A DNA stretch of 64,000 nucleotides, taken from sequence record OP729297.1. One strand, given 5' to 3'. Numbering within the stretch: the stretch's first letter is position 1; each line of letters opens with the position of its first letter. The notes beneath the pieces were generated by a model. It was not told the DNA's origin. It searched no databases and was given only the letters and a program-made list of their open reading frames with translations. The position numbers were made by a program, and so were the translations under genes. Below, piece after piece: positions 38,481 to 46,957 of the stretch.

Positions 38481-38676
38481 ATCTATTTCCTTTGCGGTTT
38501 AGCATGAGAGCACGGCAGGCGGAAACCGCGTAAAGCCCGACGCGCTCAAAGGGTATCGAACCCTTTTTAAAACAGCCTCACAGGAAGCAGCTTTAAAAAG
38601 GACCGTGTGCCCGGGAAAAGATAAACACACGGTCAAGACGTTATAGGAACATCACAGAGAGAACATGTCTCGCTGT
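38481..38676 (-). ncRNA. Candidate structured 5' leader / small RNA
   Basis: ORF-free ~195 nt after P4 with stems GACCGTGTG/CACACGGTC and CTTTTTAAA/TTTAAAAAG, and T-loop-like AAAGGG-TTCGATA-CCCTTT. Confidence 0.35.
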
Positions 38677-38682
38677 CTCTAT

Positions 38683-38735
38683 ATTGTATCACGGACGCTG
38701 TTTTGAGACAATCCTCATTTTGTCCAGATTTATGC
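38683..38735 (-). promoter_or_regulatory. Conserved phage promoter P4
   Basis: GCA TAAAT CTGGAC, 33 nt, TACAAT preceded by TGA. Confidence 0.8.
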
Positions 38736-38951
38736 TTAGAAGCGACGATCTGCCAGAAGCATTCGAACCAGCGCTTCGCGGCTGTAGTTGCTTGCGTCGT
38801 CATCTTCGTCCACAAGCTCGTTAGCTTCTACAGCGTCGGCCAGCTCGTCGTCTGTCCAGTCGTCGTATTGAGCGATTTGCTCATTATAGCGTTGTTCTTC
38901 GGCGGCAGCTATCTGGCCGTTCACTTCATCTTGTGTAGGACATCGGCTCAT
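38736..38951 (-). CDS. Small acidic protein, module-like
   Basis: 71 aa from MSRCPTQ; YDDWTDDELADAVEANEL...SREALVRMLL. Confidence 0.65.
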   Translation of the reverse strand: MSRCPTQDEVNGQIAAAEEQRYNEQIAQYDDWTDDELADAVEANELVDEDDDASNYSREALVRMLLADRRF

Positions 38952-38955
38952 TTGA

Positions 38956-39369
38956 TTACTCCACACGATTGCATTCGCAATGCTCTTTATGGCAGGAGAA
39001 GCAGACTTCATCTTCACCTTCGTCGAGGTTCTGCCAACCGTTTTCATCGGTACGGCCATCATCGTTGAGATTGCCTGGTCGTTCTTCCGCAGTGTCGAGG
39101 TCTTCATCATCGAAGTCATCGTCTGCATCAGCAACACGTACAGCTTTATGCTCACCGAGAATCGCTTCGACCTCAACTTCTACCTCAGGCGCCATATCTG
39201 TCATCAGCACACAGAACTCGTCGAACGTCAGACCTATCTGGCTTAATGCCGTTTCGATCAGCTTTTTGCCTTCGTCTTCTTCGTCGCGTCCGAAGACTTC
39301 AATTACACCAGCGAGTGCACCACCCATGAGAATGACCTGTGCATCTTTACTTGCTTCGTTGAACTTCAT
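38956..39369 (-). CDS. Acidic hypothetical protein with Cys-rich tail
   Basis: MKFNEA after GGAGG; ends CFSCHKEHCEC. Confidence 0.7.
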   Translation of the reverse strand: MKFNEASKDAQVILMGGALAGVIEVFGRDEEDEGKKLIETALSQIGLTFDEFCVLMTDMAPEVEVEVEAILGEHKAVRVADADDDFDDEDLDTAEERPGNLNDDGRTDENGWQNLDEGEDEVCFSCHKEHCECNRVE

Positions 39370-39510
39370 TAACAGCCTCCTGTTTGGTTTTAGGTACTTT
39401 ATGCAGCGCACTAATCAGTACGCTTCAAAAAGGACCCGCGTCGTCACGCCTCTGCGATGGGGCGCCTCATTGGGGGTGAGCATTTCTGGACGGGCGAGCC
39501 AAACTGATTG

Positions 39511-39702
39511 TTAGTGCATGTTCGTCAACTTGATTGTGATAACGCGGCCTCGCTTGGTTGTTTCCACTTCCCGCTTCTTGTATGTGAGACACAGACAATC
39601 AAGCGTGAACGTTAAGTCGGGCACTGCGTCTTTCTGGCGTTCTTCAATAACAAGCTCGCCGCGTTGTCGCAACTCTTTGATCATTTCGTTAGTGGTTTTC
39701 AT
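39511..39702 (-). CDS. Hypothetical protein
   Basis: 63-aa ORF coupled to upstream stop. Confidence 0.6.
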   Translation of the reverse strand: MKTTNEMIKELRQRGELVIEERQKDAVPDLTFTLDCLCLTYKKREVETTKRGRVITIKLTNMH

Positions 39703-40412
39703 TAGAAGTATTTGTCCTTCGCATCAGGTGCGAGTGGCAGTTCAATGTCAGGGTCAACGCCAACTTCAAGGCTATGTACTTCCTGAACCTGATCATCGTT
39801 CAGAGTGATTGCCCAGTCTTCGGCGCGATATCCCCAACTGCAAATCATCATACGCTCGATTTCGGGGTTAGCATCTTCCATGTCGAAGTCTTCTTCATCG
39901 TCGATACATTCATCGTCGTTAAAGTCGTCCTCGTCGTCGATGGCGTCATCATCCTCCTCATACCCGTTATGAGCATCCTCATACAGGGGATGTTTTGGTG
40001 CGAGGGCCACAGCCAGCTTGTCTGCGATTTCAGGGTCAATGTGAATCTCACTGATCATCGGACCGTGTTCATCATACATCGTGCGAATATCGACAGGTAT
40101 GGCAAGACTGGCCGCAATACCCTGCGAGCGAAGCATCAGGCACATGTTGTATCGGTTCATGATAGTATCAGTTGATACCAGCTCACGGGTGAGCGAGACA
40201 ACTAAGTGCTCTACGGTACGGGAGCCGTCACGCCATACAACATCGACTTCTTTCAGACCGTGCTCTTTAACAACTGCCTGGAGAGCTTCCAGAAACTTTC
40301 TAGGTCTGAAAGAGGCGAGCACTTCGTTTTCACGAACGAGTGCAAATACTTCAGGAGCCAGCTTACTGCGTTTCAACATAAACGGTGAGAGTTTCATGTT
40401 ATTTAGCCTCAA
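39702..40412 (-). CDS. Hypothetical protein
   Basis: 236 aa with acidic C-terminal third. Confidence 0.7.
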   Translation of the reverse strand: MRLNNMKLSPFMLKRSKLAPEVFALVRENEVLASFRPRKFLEALQAVVKEHGLKEVDVVWRDGSRTVEHLVVSLTRELVSTDTIMNRYNMCLMLRSQGIAASLAIPVDIRTMYDEHGPMISEIHIDPEIADKLAVALAPKHPLYEDAHNGYEEDDDAIDDEDDFNDDECIDDEEDFDMEDANPEIERMMICSWGYRAEDWAITLNDDQVQEVHSLEVGVDPDIELPLAPDAKDKYF

Positions 40413-40863
40413 CCAGATTCATGACGTAGTTCTTTTTGGCGAAGCGGAAGCAAACTTTGCTAACCGTGCCAGCAAGACCATCGTAGCCGATCATAAACAG
40501 GCGGCCAGAACAAATCGCAAGGTCCATTAGCGAGTGACCATCTTCGTTCGCTTCGGCTGTAGCGAGAATCGCCTCACAGATTTCCATCTGCTTGGCATGA
40601 TCGATATCGTTCGCAACAAACTCAGAACCTTCGGCAACTTCGTTCAAATTGAACTGGAGTTTGCATGGACGGTTGTTGTGTACGAAACGCATTTCAGGAA
40701 TCGGACCACCAAGCTGGTCACACACGGTCAGGTACAGGCGAAGGCCTGCGGCTGCCACGTCAATCCACTCAGGGGTCAGTTCAATAACTTTCTGGACAGC
40801 GGCGTCCATCATGCGGTCCTGCAATTCGATATCAGATGGGGTTGCTTGAGTTTCGTTCATCAT
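40399..40863 (-). CDS. Hypothetical protein
   Basis: 154 aa after GAGGAG, first gene downstream of P5. Confidence 0.75.
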   Translation of the reverse strand: MMNETQATPSDIELQDRMMDAAVQKVIELTPEWIDVAAAGLRLYLTVCDQLGGPIPEMRFVHNNRPCKLQFNLNEVAEGSEFVANDIDHAKQMEICEAILATAEANEDGHSLMDLAICSGRLFMIGYDGLAGTVSKVCFRFAKKNYVMNLVEAK

Positions 40864-40916
40864 TTCGTTGTCTCCTCAGACATATGTTATAAAAGCGCAG
40901 CACAAGCTACGCTTCT

Positions 40917-40969
40917 ATTGTATCATAGGACGCTCTCAGATACTACCGCTGTTTTGTCCAGTTTTATGC
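40917..40969 (-). promoter_or_regulatory. Conserved phage promoter P5
   Basis: GCA TAAAA CTGGAC, 33 nt, TACAAT preceded by TGA; followed by hairpin AAGCGTAGC-TTGT-GCTGCGCTT. Confidence 0.8.
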
Positions 40970-41269
40970 TTACCAGAGCTTCTTGCGGAAGTCTGTCTTT
41001 GTCCACAGCCACGGTCTGTCTGGGTCTGTTTTGACTTCATGACTCAGAGCCAGAACACCCTCGTCTGTCAGAGCGCGTAATTCACGTTCCTCTATCTCAG
41101 AGTATTCTTCGCGGCTGCGGTAGCGCAGGATATGCGCCTCGAATTTATCGAGTGCTTCCTTGCTTGCCAGATAGACAAACCCATCTTCTTTCGGCCCTAA
41201 GAATGCGCGGCGTTCGTTCATCTTCAGGACGATAGCGACATTCGGTACCAATGTCAGTTTATCAGTCAT
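40970..41269 (-). CDS. Hypothetical protein
   Basis: 99 aa after GAGGTG. Confidence 0.7.
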   Translation of the reverse strand: MTDKLTLVPNVAIVLKMNERRAFLGPKEDGFVYLASKEALDKFEAHILRYRSREEYSEIEERELRALTDEGVLALSHEVKTDPDRPWLWTKTDFRKKLW

Positions 41270-41277
41270 AGATCACC

Positions 41278-41712
41278 TCACTGCATATTAGCCGGGATTT
41301 CAGTACGCTTGAACGGGAAGTTAGCAGCCACTGGGAAGACATGGAGGTTAAATCCGTTCTCCTCTGCTACACGTTTGATTGTGTGCAGATGGTTCAGGTA
41401 GTCGTGGTCTTCGACGTGGTTTAATACTTCTTCGTCGGCTGCGGACGCTATGAGGAATAGCGCACTTGTGGTGACTGAGCCATGATCAGTCCAGAGTAGT
41501 TCAGCACGAACACAGGCCTCAGGATTCTCCTCAGCCAAAGCGAAGGTAATCTTATGTTGAAGTTTAGCCATAACGATTGCGGTCGCATAAGCCAGTGACA
41601 TAGCCGATGCGCCACGATCATCACGCGCAGCATCAGTCAGCTTCTTGACCAGCTCGTCGTTCATAGCCAGTTGAATACGATTTACTACCAGAATGTTTTG
41701 TTCGAATTTCAT
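41278..41712 (-). CDS. Hypothetical protein
   Basis: 144-aa ORF. Confidence 0.7.
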   Translation of the reverse strand: MKFEQNILVVNRIQLAMNDELVKKLTDAARDDRGASAMSLAYATAIVMAKLQHKITFALAEENPEACVRAELLWTDHGSVTTSALFLIASAADEEVLNHVEDHDYLNHLHTIKRVAEENGFNLHVFPVAANFPFKRTEIPANMQ

Positions 41713-41747
41713 TTTTGTTCCCTACAATGTTAGGTATGGTTGGACAA

Positions 41748-43283
41748 TTAACGCAGTGCGTGTTTAATTAGTTCTTTCAGGTATTCTGCATCACGAGGAT
41801 AGCGATCACCATCTTTCATTTTTGTCAGAGCGTAAGCGATAGCCTCCAATGAAATTTGAGGCAGTTTATCCAGCAGACCAGCTTCGACTGCATTTGTCAG
41901 AGCACTTATTATGCTTTTACGCACATCACGCACGACGGTTTTCTTGTTTGAGTACAGGTCCCCAGCATATGTAGCGCGAGGAACTTTAGCTTTCATCAGA
42001 GTCTTACGAATCGTTTCGTAGCTGATATTGCGGTCATCACTGACTGCTGGGAATTTACGAGGCTCACGCTCCTGTTCCGGCTCGTCCTCCTCAACTTCAT
42101 CATACCCGAAATGATCTTCACAAAGCTCACGTAACTCAGAGATATCAAGTGATGCGGCTTTCTTGGCTGAGGCCAGCTTATACTGGATGACCAGATCTAA
42201 CAGACCTTCTCTGTCCAGTTTATCCAGATCAACATCACCATCTTCTGATTCTTCGTCTGCATGTGGGTCGAAGTTATCTGCACACGTAACCATGCCACGA
42301 TCGATCTTGTATACGCCAACTTCATTTTGTACATGACGCTGCAAGCTAATCAGCGCGGCACGTACCAACGATTGCTGGTACTCAAACGTTTCTTCGTTGA
42401 TCGTAATCCACGTATAGTCCGGGTACCAACCATAAATAAAGTTGACCACGAATTGCGGATTATCAATCAGTTCAGCCATTTTATCTTTCGCGTCGTGTGC
42501 AAAGATCAAATGCGTTGCATAGTAGCAAGTCAATTGATAACGATTGAAGTTACGACCAGGATGCGGGATATCACCGCGAATACGACACTGACGCAACAGG
42601 TCATTCAGAGTTTGGTCCATCATTTCCTGCGTCTTACCGTTAGCCATCATACGCTTCGTAAGATCACGAATGCGTTCAGGGCGATAGTCAGCAGGAATTT
42701 TTTCGTTGTCGTCCAAGCCGATTGCGTTATGCGTGTACTTGTATTTATCGTCGAAGTCTTCGAGCCAGCGATCATGTAGTTTGATCAGACCTTCTTTATC
42801 TTCACGCGATACGCGCATTGGGCCTACACCAAACGACAGTAACATGCTACGCATTTCAGGCTCTGGCAGATCAGCGAACCAAGTGATCTTTTGTTCTTCA
42901 CGACAGGTTGCCTTGAGATGAATCTTGATTATGCGGCGCAGACTATCTTCAATGAACAGACCATTGATTGGCTTGAAGCCTTCGTGCGCACTCTCAAGCA
43001 TCTCATATGGCAGGAACGTTTTGCAGGACTTGCCTACATGATGGTGAAGCATTAGGTCATTGTTATCATCGAACGACCAAACTTCCAGCGTAGGGTCAGA
43101 AGCAAAACCCCAGTAAGTGTTAGTGCAGAGCGTACCTTCTTTCTGACGCTCAATGATTTCCCGCAGCACATCGCCAGTGAGAACCATCTCACGCCCCATG
43201 GCATTGTAGAAATAAAACAACGGCTTACCTGTCAGGGCAGCGTCACGAACAAGCAGTAAGTTTTGGCGAAGATCGAATGACAT
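41748..43283 (-). CDS. Hypothetical protein carrying one copy of the ~45-aa module
   Basis: 511 aa; VDLDKLDREGLLDLVIQYKLASAKKAASLDISELRELCEDHFG at ~42105-42236. Confidence 0.75.
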   Translation of the reverse strand: MSFDLRQNLLLVRDAALTGKPLFYFYNAMGREMVLTGDVLREIIERQKEGTLCTNTYWGFASDPTLEVWSFDDNNDLMLHHHVGKSCKTFLPYEMLESAHEGFKPINGLFIEDSLRRIIKIHLKATCREEQKITWFADLPEPEMRSMLLSFGVGPMRVSREDKEGLIKLHDRWLEDFDDKYKYTHNAIGLDDNEKIPADYRPERIRDLTKRMMANGKTQEMMDQTLNDLLRQCRIRGDIPHPGRNFNRYQLTCYYATHLIFAHDAKDKMAELIDNPQFVVNFIYGWYPDYTWITINEETFEYQQSLVRAALISLQRHVQNEVGVYKIDRGMVTCADNFDPHADEESEDGDVDLDKLDREGLLDLVIQYKLASAKKAASLDISELRELCEDHFGYDEVEEDEPEQEREPRKFPAVSDDRNISYETIRKTLMKAKVPRATYAGDLYSNKKTVVRDVRKSIISALTNAVEAGLLDKLPQISLEAIAYALTKMKDGDRYPRDAEYLKELIKHALR

Positions 43284-43319
43284 AATGTTTCTCCAGTAGA
43301 GCGCCCGTAAGCGCTCAGG

Positions 43320-43895
43320 TTAGATTGTACGGTAGATAGCGTGTTGTGAGTGTACGCGATACACTTTGCTTTTGTTGATGAAGTGCTCAATCTCGGTGAG
43401 CATCGCCAACGTTTCTTCTGAGGTGACAAGCGGATCGCCGTTCTCTGCAAACACAAGCAGACGGCCGTCGTACACAGTTGCCACAGTAAACAAATGAAGG
43501 GCATTCATGAAGTGGCTCATGAAGTCTTCAAAGTCGCGCATGAACAACGCTACCTTCTCTGTGTGGTTGTACACATTGATCAGGTACTGCGGGTCGGCGT
43601 TGCTCATACGGCGCACGTCGCCCTGATTTTTCAACAAACTGGCTTTCAGTTTATCATGCGTGACGAGCACGAACTCATGAATCACAACCAGCTTCTTGCG
43701 AAACTTCAATTTACCAGGACGCATACTTGGGTACTTAGCAAGATATTCGTCACTAAGTACAGGCTGGCCGAACGCAGCAATCACGCGACGGTCATTGCGC
43801 GTAACCACAGACGGATGCAAACGATCTGAATCAAGTTCGGTGTACTCGGAGATTTCATGCGCACCTTGAGTATCGAACATATCAATCTGTTCCAT
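43320..43895 (-). CDS. Hypothetical protein
   Basis: 191-aa ORF. Confidence 0.7.
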   Translation of the reverse strand: MEQIDMFDTQGAHEISEYTELDSDRLHPSVVTRNDRRVIAAFGQPVLSDEYLAKYPSMRPGKLKFRKKLVVIHEFVLVTHDKLKASLLKNQGDVRRMSNADPQYLINVYNHTEKVALFMRDFEDFMSHFMNALHLFTVATVYDGRLLVFAENGDPLVTSEETLAMLTEIEHFINKSKVYRVHSQHAIYRTI

Positions 43896-44209
43896 TAGAG
43901 CTCCAGTTCAACGATATCTTCGAGGTCAGCAACAGGCTGGAATATCAGCATGTCACCCTTTTTACTGTTATGGACAGTTGCTACGTACCAGCCATACAGG
44001 TTGATGTTTATGGCTTCGCGCAGAATCGCATTGATCAGGCGCAACTCACCTTCGAACAGGCGCTTACCATCTTTGGCAAAAGATGAGGCGAGAAACGAGA
44101 ATGCTATCGGGCCTTCGTTTCTATTGGTTGTTTCATCCCAGCAAGTCTCAAGAGCCTTGCGTACTTTGTTTGTCAATTTGGGTTCGATAGTTATCTCAGC
44201 CATAATCAA
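43895..44209 (-). CDS. Hypothetical protein
   Basis: 104-aa coupled ORF. Confidence 0.7.
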   Translation of the reverse strand: MIMAEITIEPKLTNKVRKALETCWDETTNRNEGPIAFSFLASSFAKDGKRLFEGELRLINAILREAININLYGWYVATVHNSKKGDMLIFQPVADLEDIVELEL

Positions 44210-44436
44210 TCTCTCAGTTTACGTGGGCGGTGCCGTGCGCGTTCTTCTGCTTTTCGCAAACGGCGTTTAATCAGTTCATGTGGCGTTTTCACTTTGGCTA
44301 TCTTCGCCTGTGCTTTCTGCCGCATCTCTTTTATCTTCATCCAGTTCTTCACGAAGCCAACGATATGTGCAAGGAAAGCCATAGCGCCAAGCAGGTAGAA
44401 CAAGACAGCACTTACCTTGTATATATCGTGCATCAT
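44206..44436 (-). CDS. Small membrane protein
   Basis: One hydrophobic helix followed by a basic tail. Confidence 0.65.
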   Translation of the reverse strand: MMHDIYKVSAVLFYLLGAMAFLAHIVGFVKNWMKIKEMRQKAQAKIAKVKTPHELIKRRLRKAEERARHRPRKLRD

Positions 44437-44438
44437 GA

Positions 44439-45143
44439 TTAGCCCCTTCTTTTCTCGAATTGAGAAATACGAATACGCTTGAAGATATGTTCGGGCATGT
44501 ATTCTTCTTCCAGACTCTCCAAGCAGTCTGACAGATCATCGTGCGGAGTGAAGCGCCCTGACGTTGCGGCATCTAAGAACTGCGACCACGTGGTGCCTTT
44601 AGCGTGGTCAATGGTGAGCAGCGCTTCCCACGTTTCATCGTCAATCTGATCGAGTGCAGAAGTACGTAGGTAGTCAGTTCGAATCGTTGCTCCGTAGCGT
44701 GGCACGTTGCGGAAACGTTGAGGCATGTCAGGATGTGGCGGTACTTGGCGTATGTCTACTGGACATACATAACGTTTGTCGCGTACATCGGACTCAGCAA
44801 CATCAGGCAACGAACCAAGATAAGCAATATACGTTCGCTTCTGGTGGTGCATGTCAACATAGCGACTGTTAATGTCGATGAATCCCAGCTCGGTGTGGAA
44901 CCCTTCGTCGCAGGACGGGTCGCAGGCTAACACTGGAATAAACGTTCTGTAATCCACGCCAGGCAAATAAGATTCACGAGAAACGTTAGGATTCATACGC
45001 ACACCGATTTTTATTTCTTTGTCGCCGCGTTCCTGATCGTGAACGGTGACGTCCATGTAGAAGAAGGCCATCGGTATTACGATTCCATTAATCGCAAATA
45101 AGCTGGCGTCTACGTTTGGATGAATGCGCTTCAAGTATTTCAT
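44439..45143 (-). CDS. Hypothetical protein
   Basis: 234 aa, first gene downstream of P6. Confidence 0.7.
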   Translation of the reverse strand: MKYLKRIHPNVDASLFAINGIVIPMAFFYMDVTVHDQERGDKEIKIGVRMNPNVSRESYLPGVDYRTFIPVLACDPSCDEGFHTELGFIDINSRYVDMHHQKRTYIAYLGSLPDVAESDVRDKRYVCPVDIRQVPPHPDMPQRFRNVPRYGATIRTDYLRTSALDQIDDETWEALLTIDHAKGTTWSQFLDAATSGRFTPHDDLSDCLESLEEEYMPEHIFKRIRISQFEKRRG

Positions 45144-45175
45144 TCGAGTTCTCTCTATTATGTGTGTCTATGCGT

Positions 45176-45228
45176 ATTATATCACAGGCACGTGGTTCGT
45201 ATACCGTCTATTTCATCCTATTATTTGC
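45176..45228 (-). promoter_or_regulatory. Conserved phage promoter P6 (variant box)
   Basis: GCA AATAA TAGGAT GAAAT, 33-nt spacer, TATAAT preceded by TGA; box includes the HD gene stop codon. Confidence 0.7.
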
Positions 45229-46189
45229 GTCTTTCGCAGACCACACAACTCTCGCCATTACGCAGATGAACCGAAGTGCCGTCATTGAAATAGACGTTGA
45301 AACCCACACCCATGTCAGCAACACGCTCAATCAAGCGACGAGCTTTCAACGTATCTTCTGGTGTGTCGATAAACAGAACATCGTTCGCTTTGACGCGGCG
45401 AGCACTGGTAACAATAAAATCAATGTTGTCTGTCATCCAGCTTTCAATCTTCGCCTGATGGTTGTGATCGTTTTCTGCATCAAGCAACCAGTCCATAGCG
45501 TCTTTGCCGGTCTGCGTAAACATCTCAACGCTACGCAGGAAGTCAACACGACCAGCAGCCCACTCTTTCTGTGTGAAGGTATAAGGCATATCAGGATTGC
45601 TATTCACTTCTTCACGTAAACCAAACATAACGTGGTCGATAACAAACGGCTGCATGCCGTAGAGAATATCCGCGTCACGAATGCAACGTTCAATCATGTT
45701 TTTCGGCACGCGGTCTTCCGAGTAGGGGAATTGCGTAACACGAATCAGGTCGGCCGCAATATCGCAGTTATCGATCAGCACAGCGTCGGCCAGTTCATGG
45801 TGAGCAGCTTTCTCCAATGCGGCAACAGCTTGCTGGACATTGTACGCATCGTCTTTCTGACCGAGAGTATGATTCATGTCGTGGAACATACAGGCAATAG
45901 CTAATGGGACTGCGCCGTTTCTGTATTGCCAATCGTGAATAGCTTCGCAGTCAAGCAACCAAAGCGCAAGAGCCGTTACGTGCTTCATGTGTACGGTCGA
46001 ATGATAGTGCAGAGCTTCCATTATCTGATCGTCGCCGAACGCAGGACAGTTGTTGCGCTCTACGTATTCCCACACCTTAGTCAGGCCAAGACGTTTGATA
46101 CGCTCGTTGAAGTAGACGTTAAGTGCAACAGAAGAATAGAATGGCAGAAGGGTTTTACCTGCAGGGATTTGTTGGAATTGATTAGTCAT
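45221..46189 (-). CDS. HD-superfamily metal-dependent phosphohydrolase
   Basis: YHSTVH...FHDMNH...IRDADIL...LREE...EW..GRVDFL...FT. Confidence 0.8.
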   Translation of the reverse strand: MTNQFQQIPAGKTLLPFYSSVALNVYFNERIKRLGLTKVWEYVERNNCPAFGDDQIMEALHYHSTVHMKHVTALALWLLDCEAIHDWQYRNGAVPLAIACMFHDMNHTLGQKDDAYNVQQAVAALEKAAHHELADAVLIDNCDIAADLIRVTQFPYSEDRVPKNMIERCIRDADILYGMQPFVIDHVMFGLREEVNSNPDMPYTFTQKEWAAGRVDFLRSVEMFTQTGKDAMDWLLDAENDHNHQAKIESWMTDNIDFIVTSARRVKANDVLFIDTPEDTLKARRLIERVADMGVGFNVYFNDGTSVHLRNGESCVVCERRK

Positions 46190-46200
46190 CGTCGTAGTCT

Positions 46201-46252
46201 CAAAAATTTGCGCAGAAATGAAAAACGGGAAACCAGTTAAGGTCTCCCGTTG
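46201..46252 (-). repeat. Hairpin element copy A (TTAAC loop), possible terminator
   Basis: ACGGGAGACC-TTAACT-GGTTTCCCGT TTTTCATTTCTGCGCAAATTT; similar to 54620-54672. Confidence 0.6.
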
Positions 46253-46256
46253 TGTT

Positions 46257-46943
46257 TTATTGTGTTACTGCATCGAAGCCGTGTGCCGACTTGACACCAC
46301 GCAGACGAGAGATAAGCTGGGCAGCAATTGCTTTCGCTTTCTCGCTCGGCTGTAGAGCTTTAGTGAAGTCCAGACTTCCAGAGAACATATTGTTGTCGCG
46401 CAACATCTCAAACGACAACAGGCGATCATCACGCATAGCCTGCTGGTCTTTCGTAGGACGAATAACCACAGGCAGCACACCACAGTTGTACGCGTCGAGC
46501 ATACTGTCAACGAACTGGCCAAGCAAGAACGGCAGAGCGTCATGGACCAGAATCAATTCAGCGCCTTCACGCATCAGCAATTCATCAGGAGTTTCACGCA
46601 TCATTACAACGCGAGTCAGAGCCTGATACAGAGAATCGCGCAGGTCAGGTGCAACAACCAGAGCGTGATTACGAATGCAGAAGATCTCTTCGGTGACTTC
46701 ATCCGAGTTCAACACAGGTACGATGAATGGCACGGCATTCTCATACTGGTTGGCGGCAGCGAACGCATCATACAGACGCGCAACGTGCGGATAGTCACGA
46801 ACGATTACTTGAGCCAGTGCAGCCACATCGCCATCTTGCACATTGTCACAGAGCAGCACAACAAGCGCATACTCCTGACGAGGTGACAGAGGTTTCAGTA
46901 ACTGGAATTGCATTTTGTACAGCGTGGTGATATTGATGTTCAT
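46257..46943 (-). CDS. Hypothetical protein
   Basis: 228 aa after GAGGA. Confidence 0.7.
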   Translation of the reverse strand: MNINITTLYKMQFQLLKPLSPRQEYALVVLLCDNVQDGDVAALAQVIVRDYPHVARLYDAFAAANQYENAVPFIVPVLNSDEVTEEIFCIRNHALVVAPDLRDSLYQALTRVVMMRETPDELLMREGAELILVHDALPFLLGQFVDSMLDAYNCGVLPVVIRPTKDQQAMRDDRLLSFEMLRDNNMFSGSLDFTKALQPSEKAKAIAAQLISRLRGVKSAHGFDAVTQ

Positions 46944-46957
46944 TATTATGTCCTCTA

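Noticed and set aside
38540-38610. Possible tRNA (GTG, His-like triplet near a T-arm)
   Set aside because: No 5-bp anticodon stem, no acceptor stem and no CCA; kept only as a T-loop hairpin
39478-39530. Plus-strand GCATTTCTGGAC as a tenth promoter box
   Set aside because: GCA-to-CTGGAC spacing is 3 rather than 5, and there is no -10 at 33-34 nt
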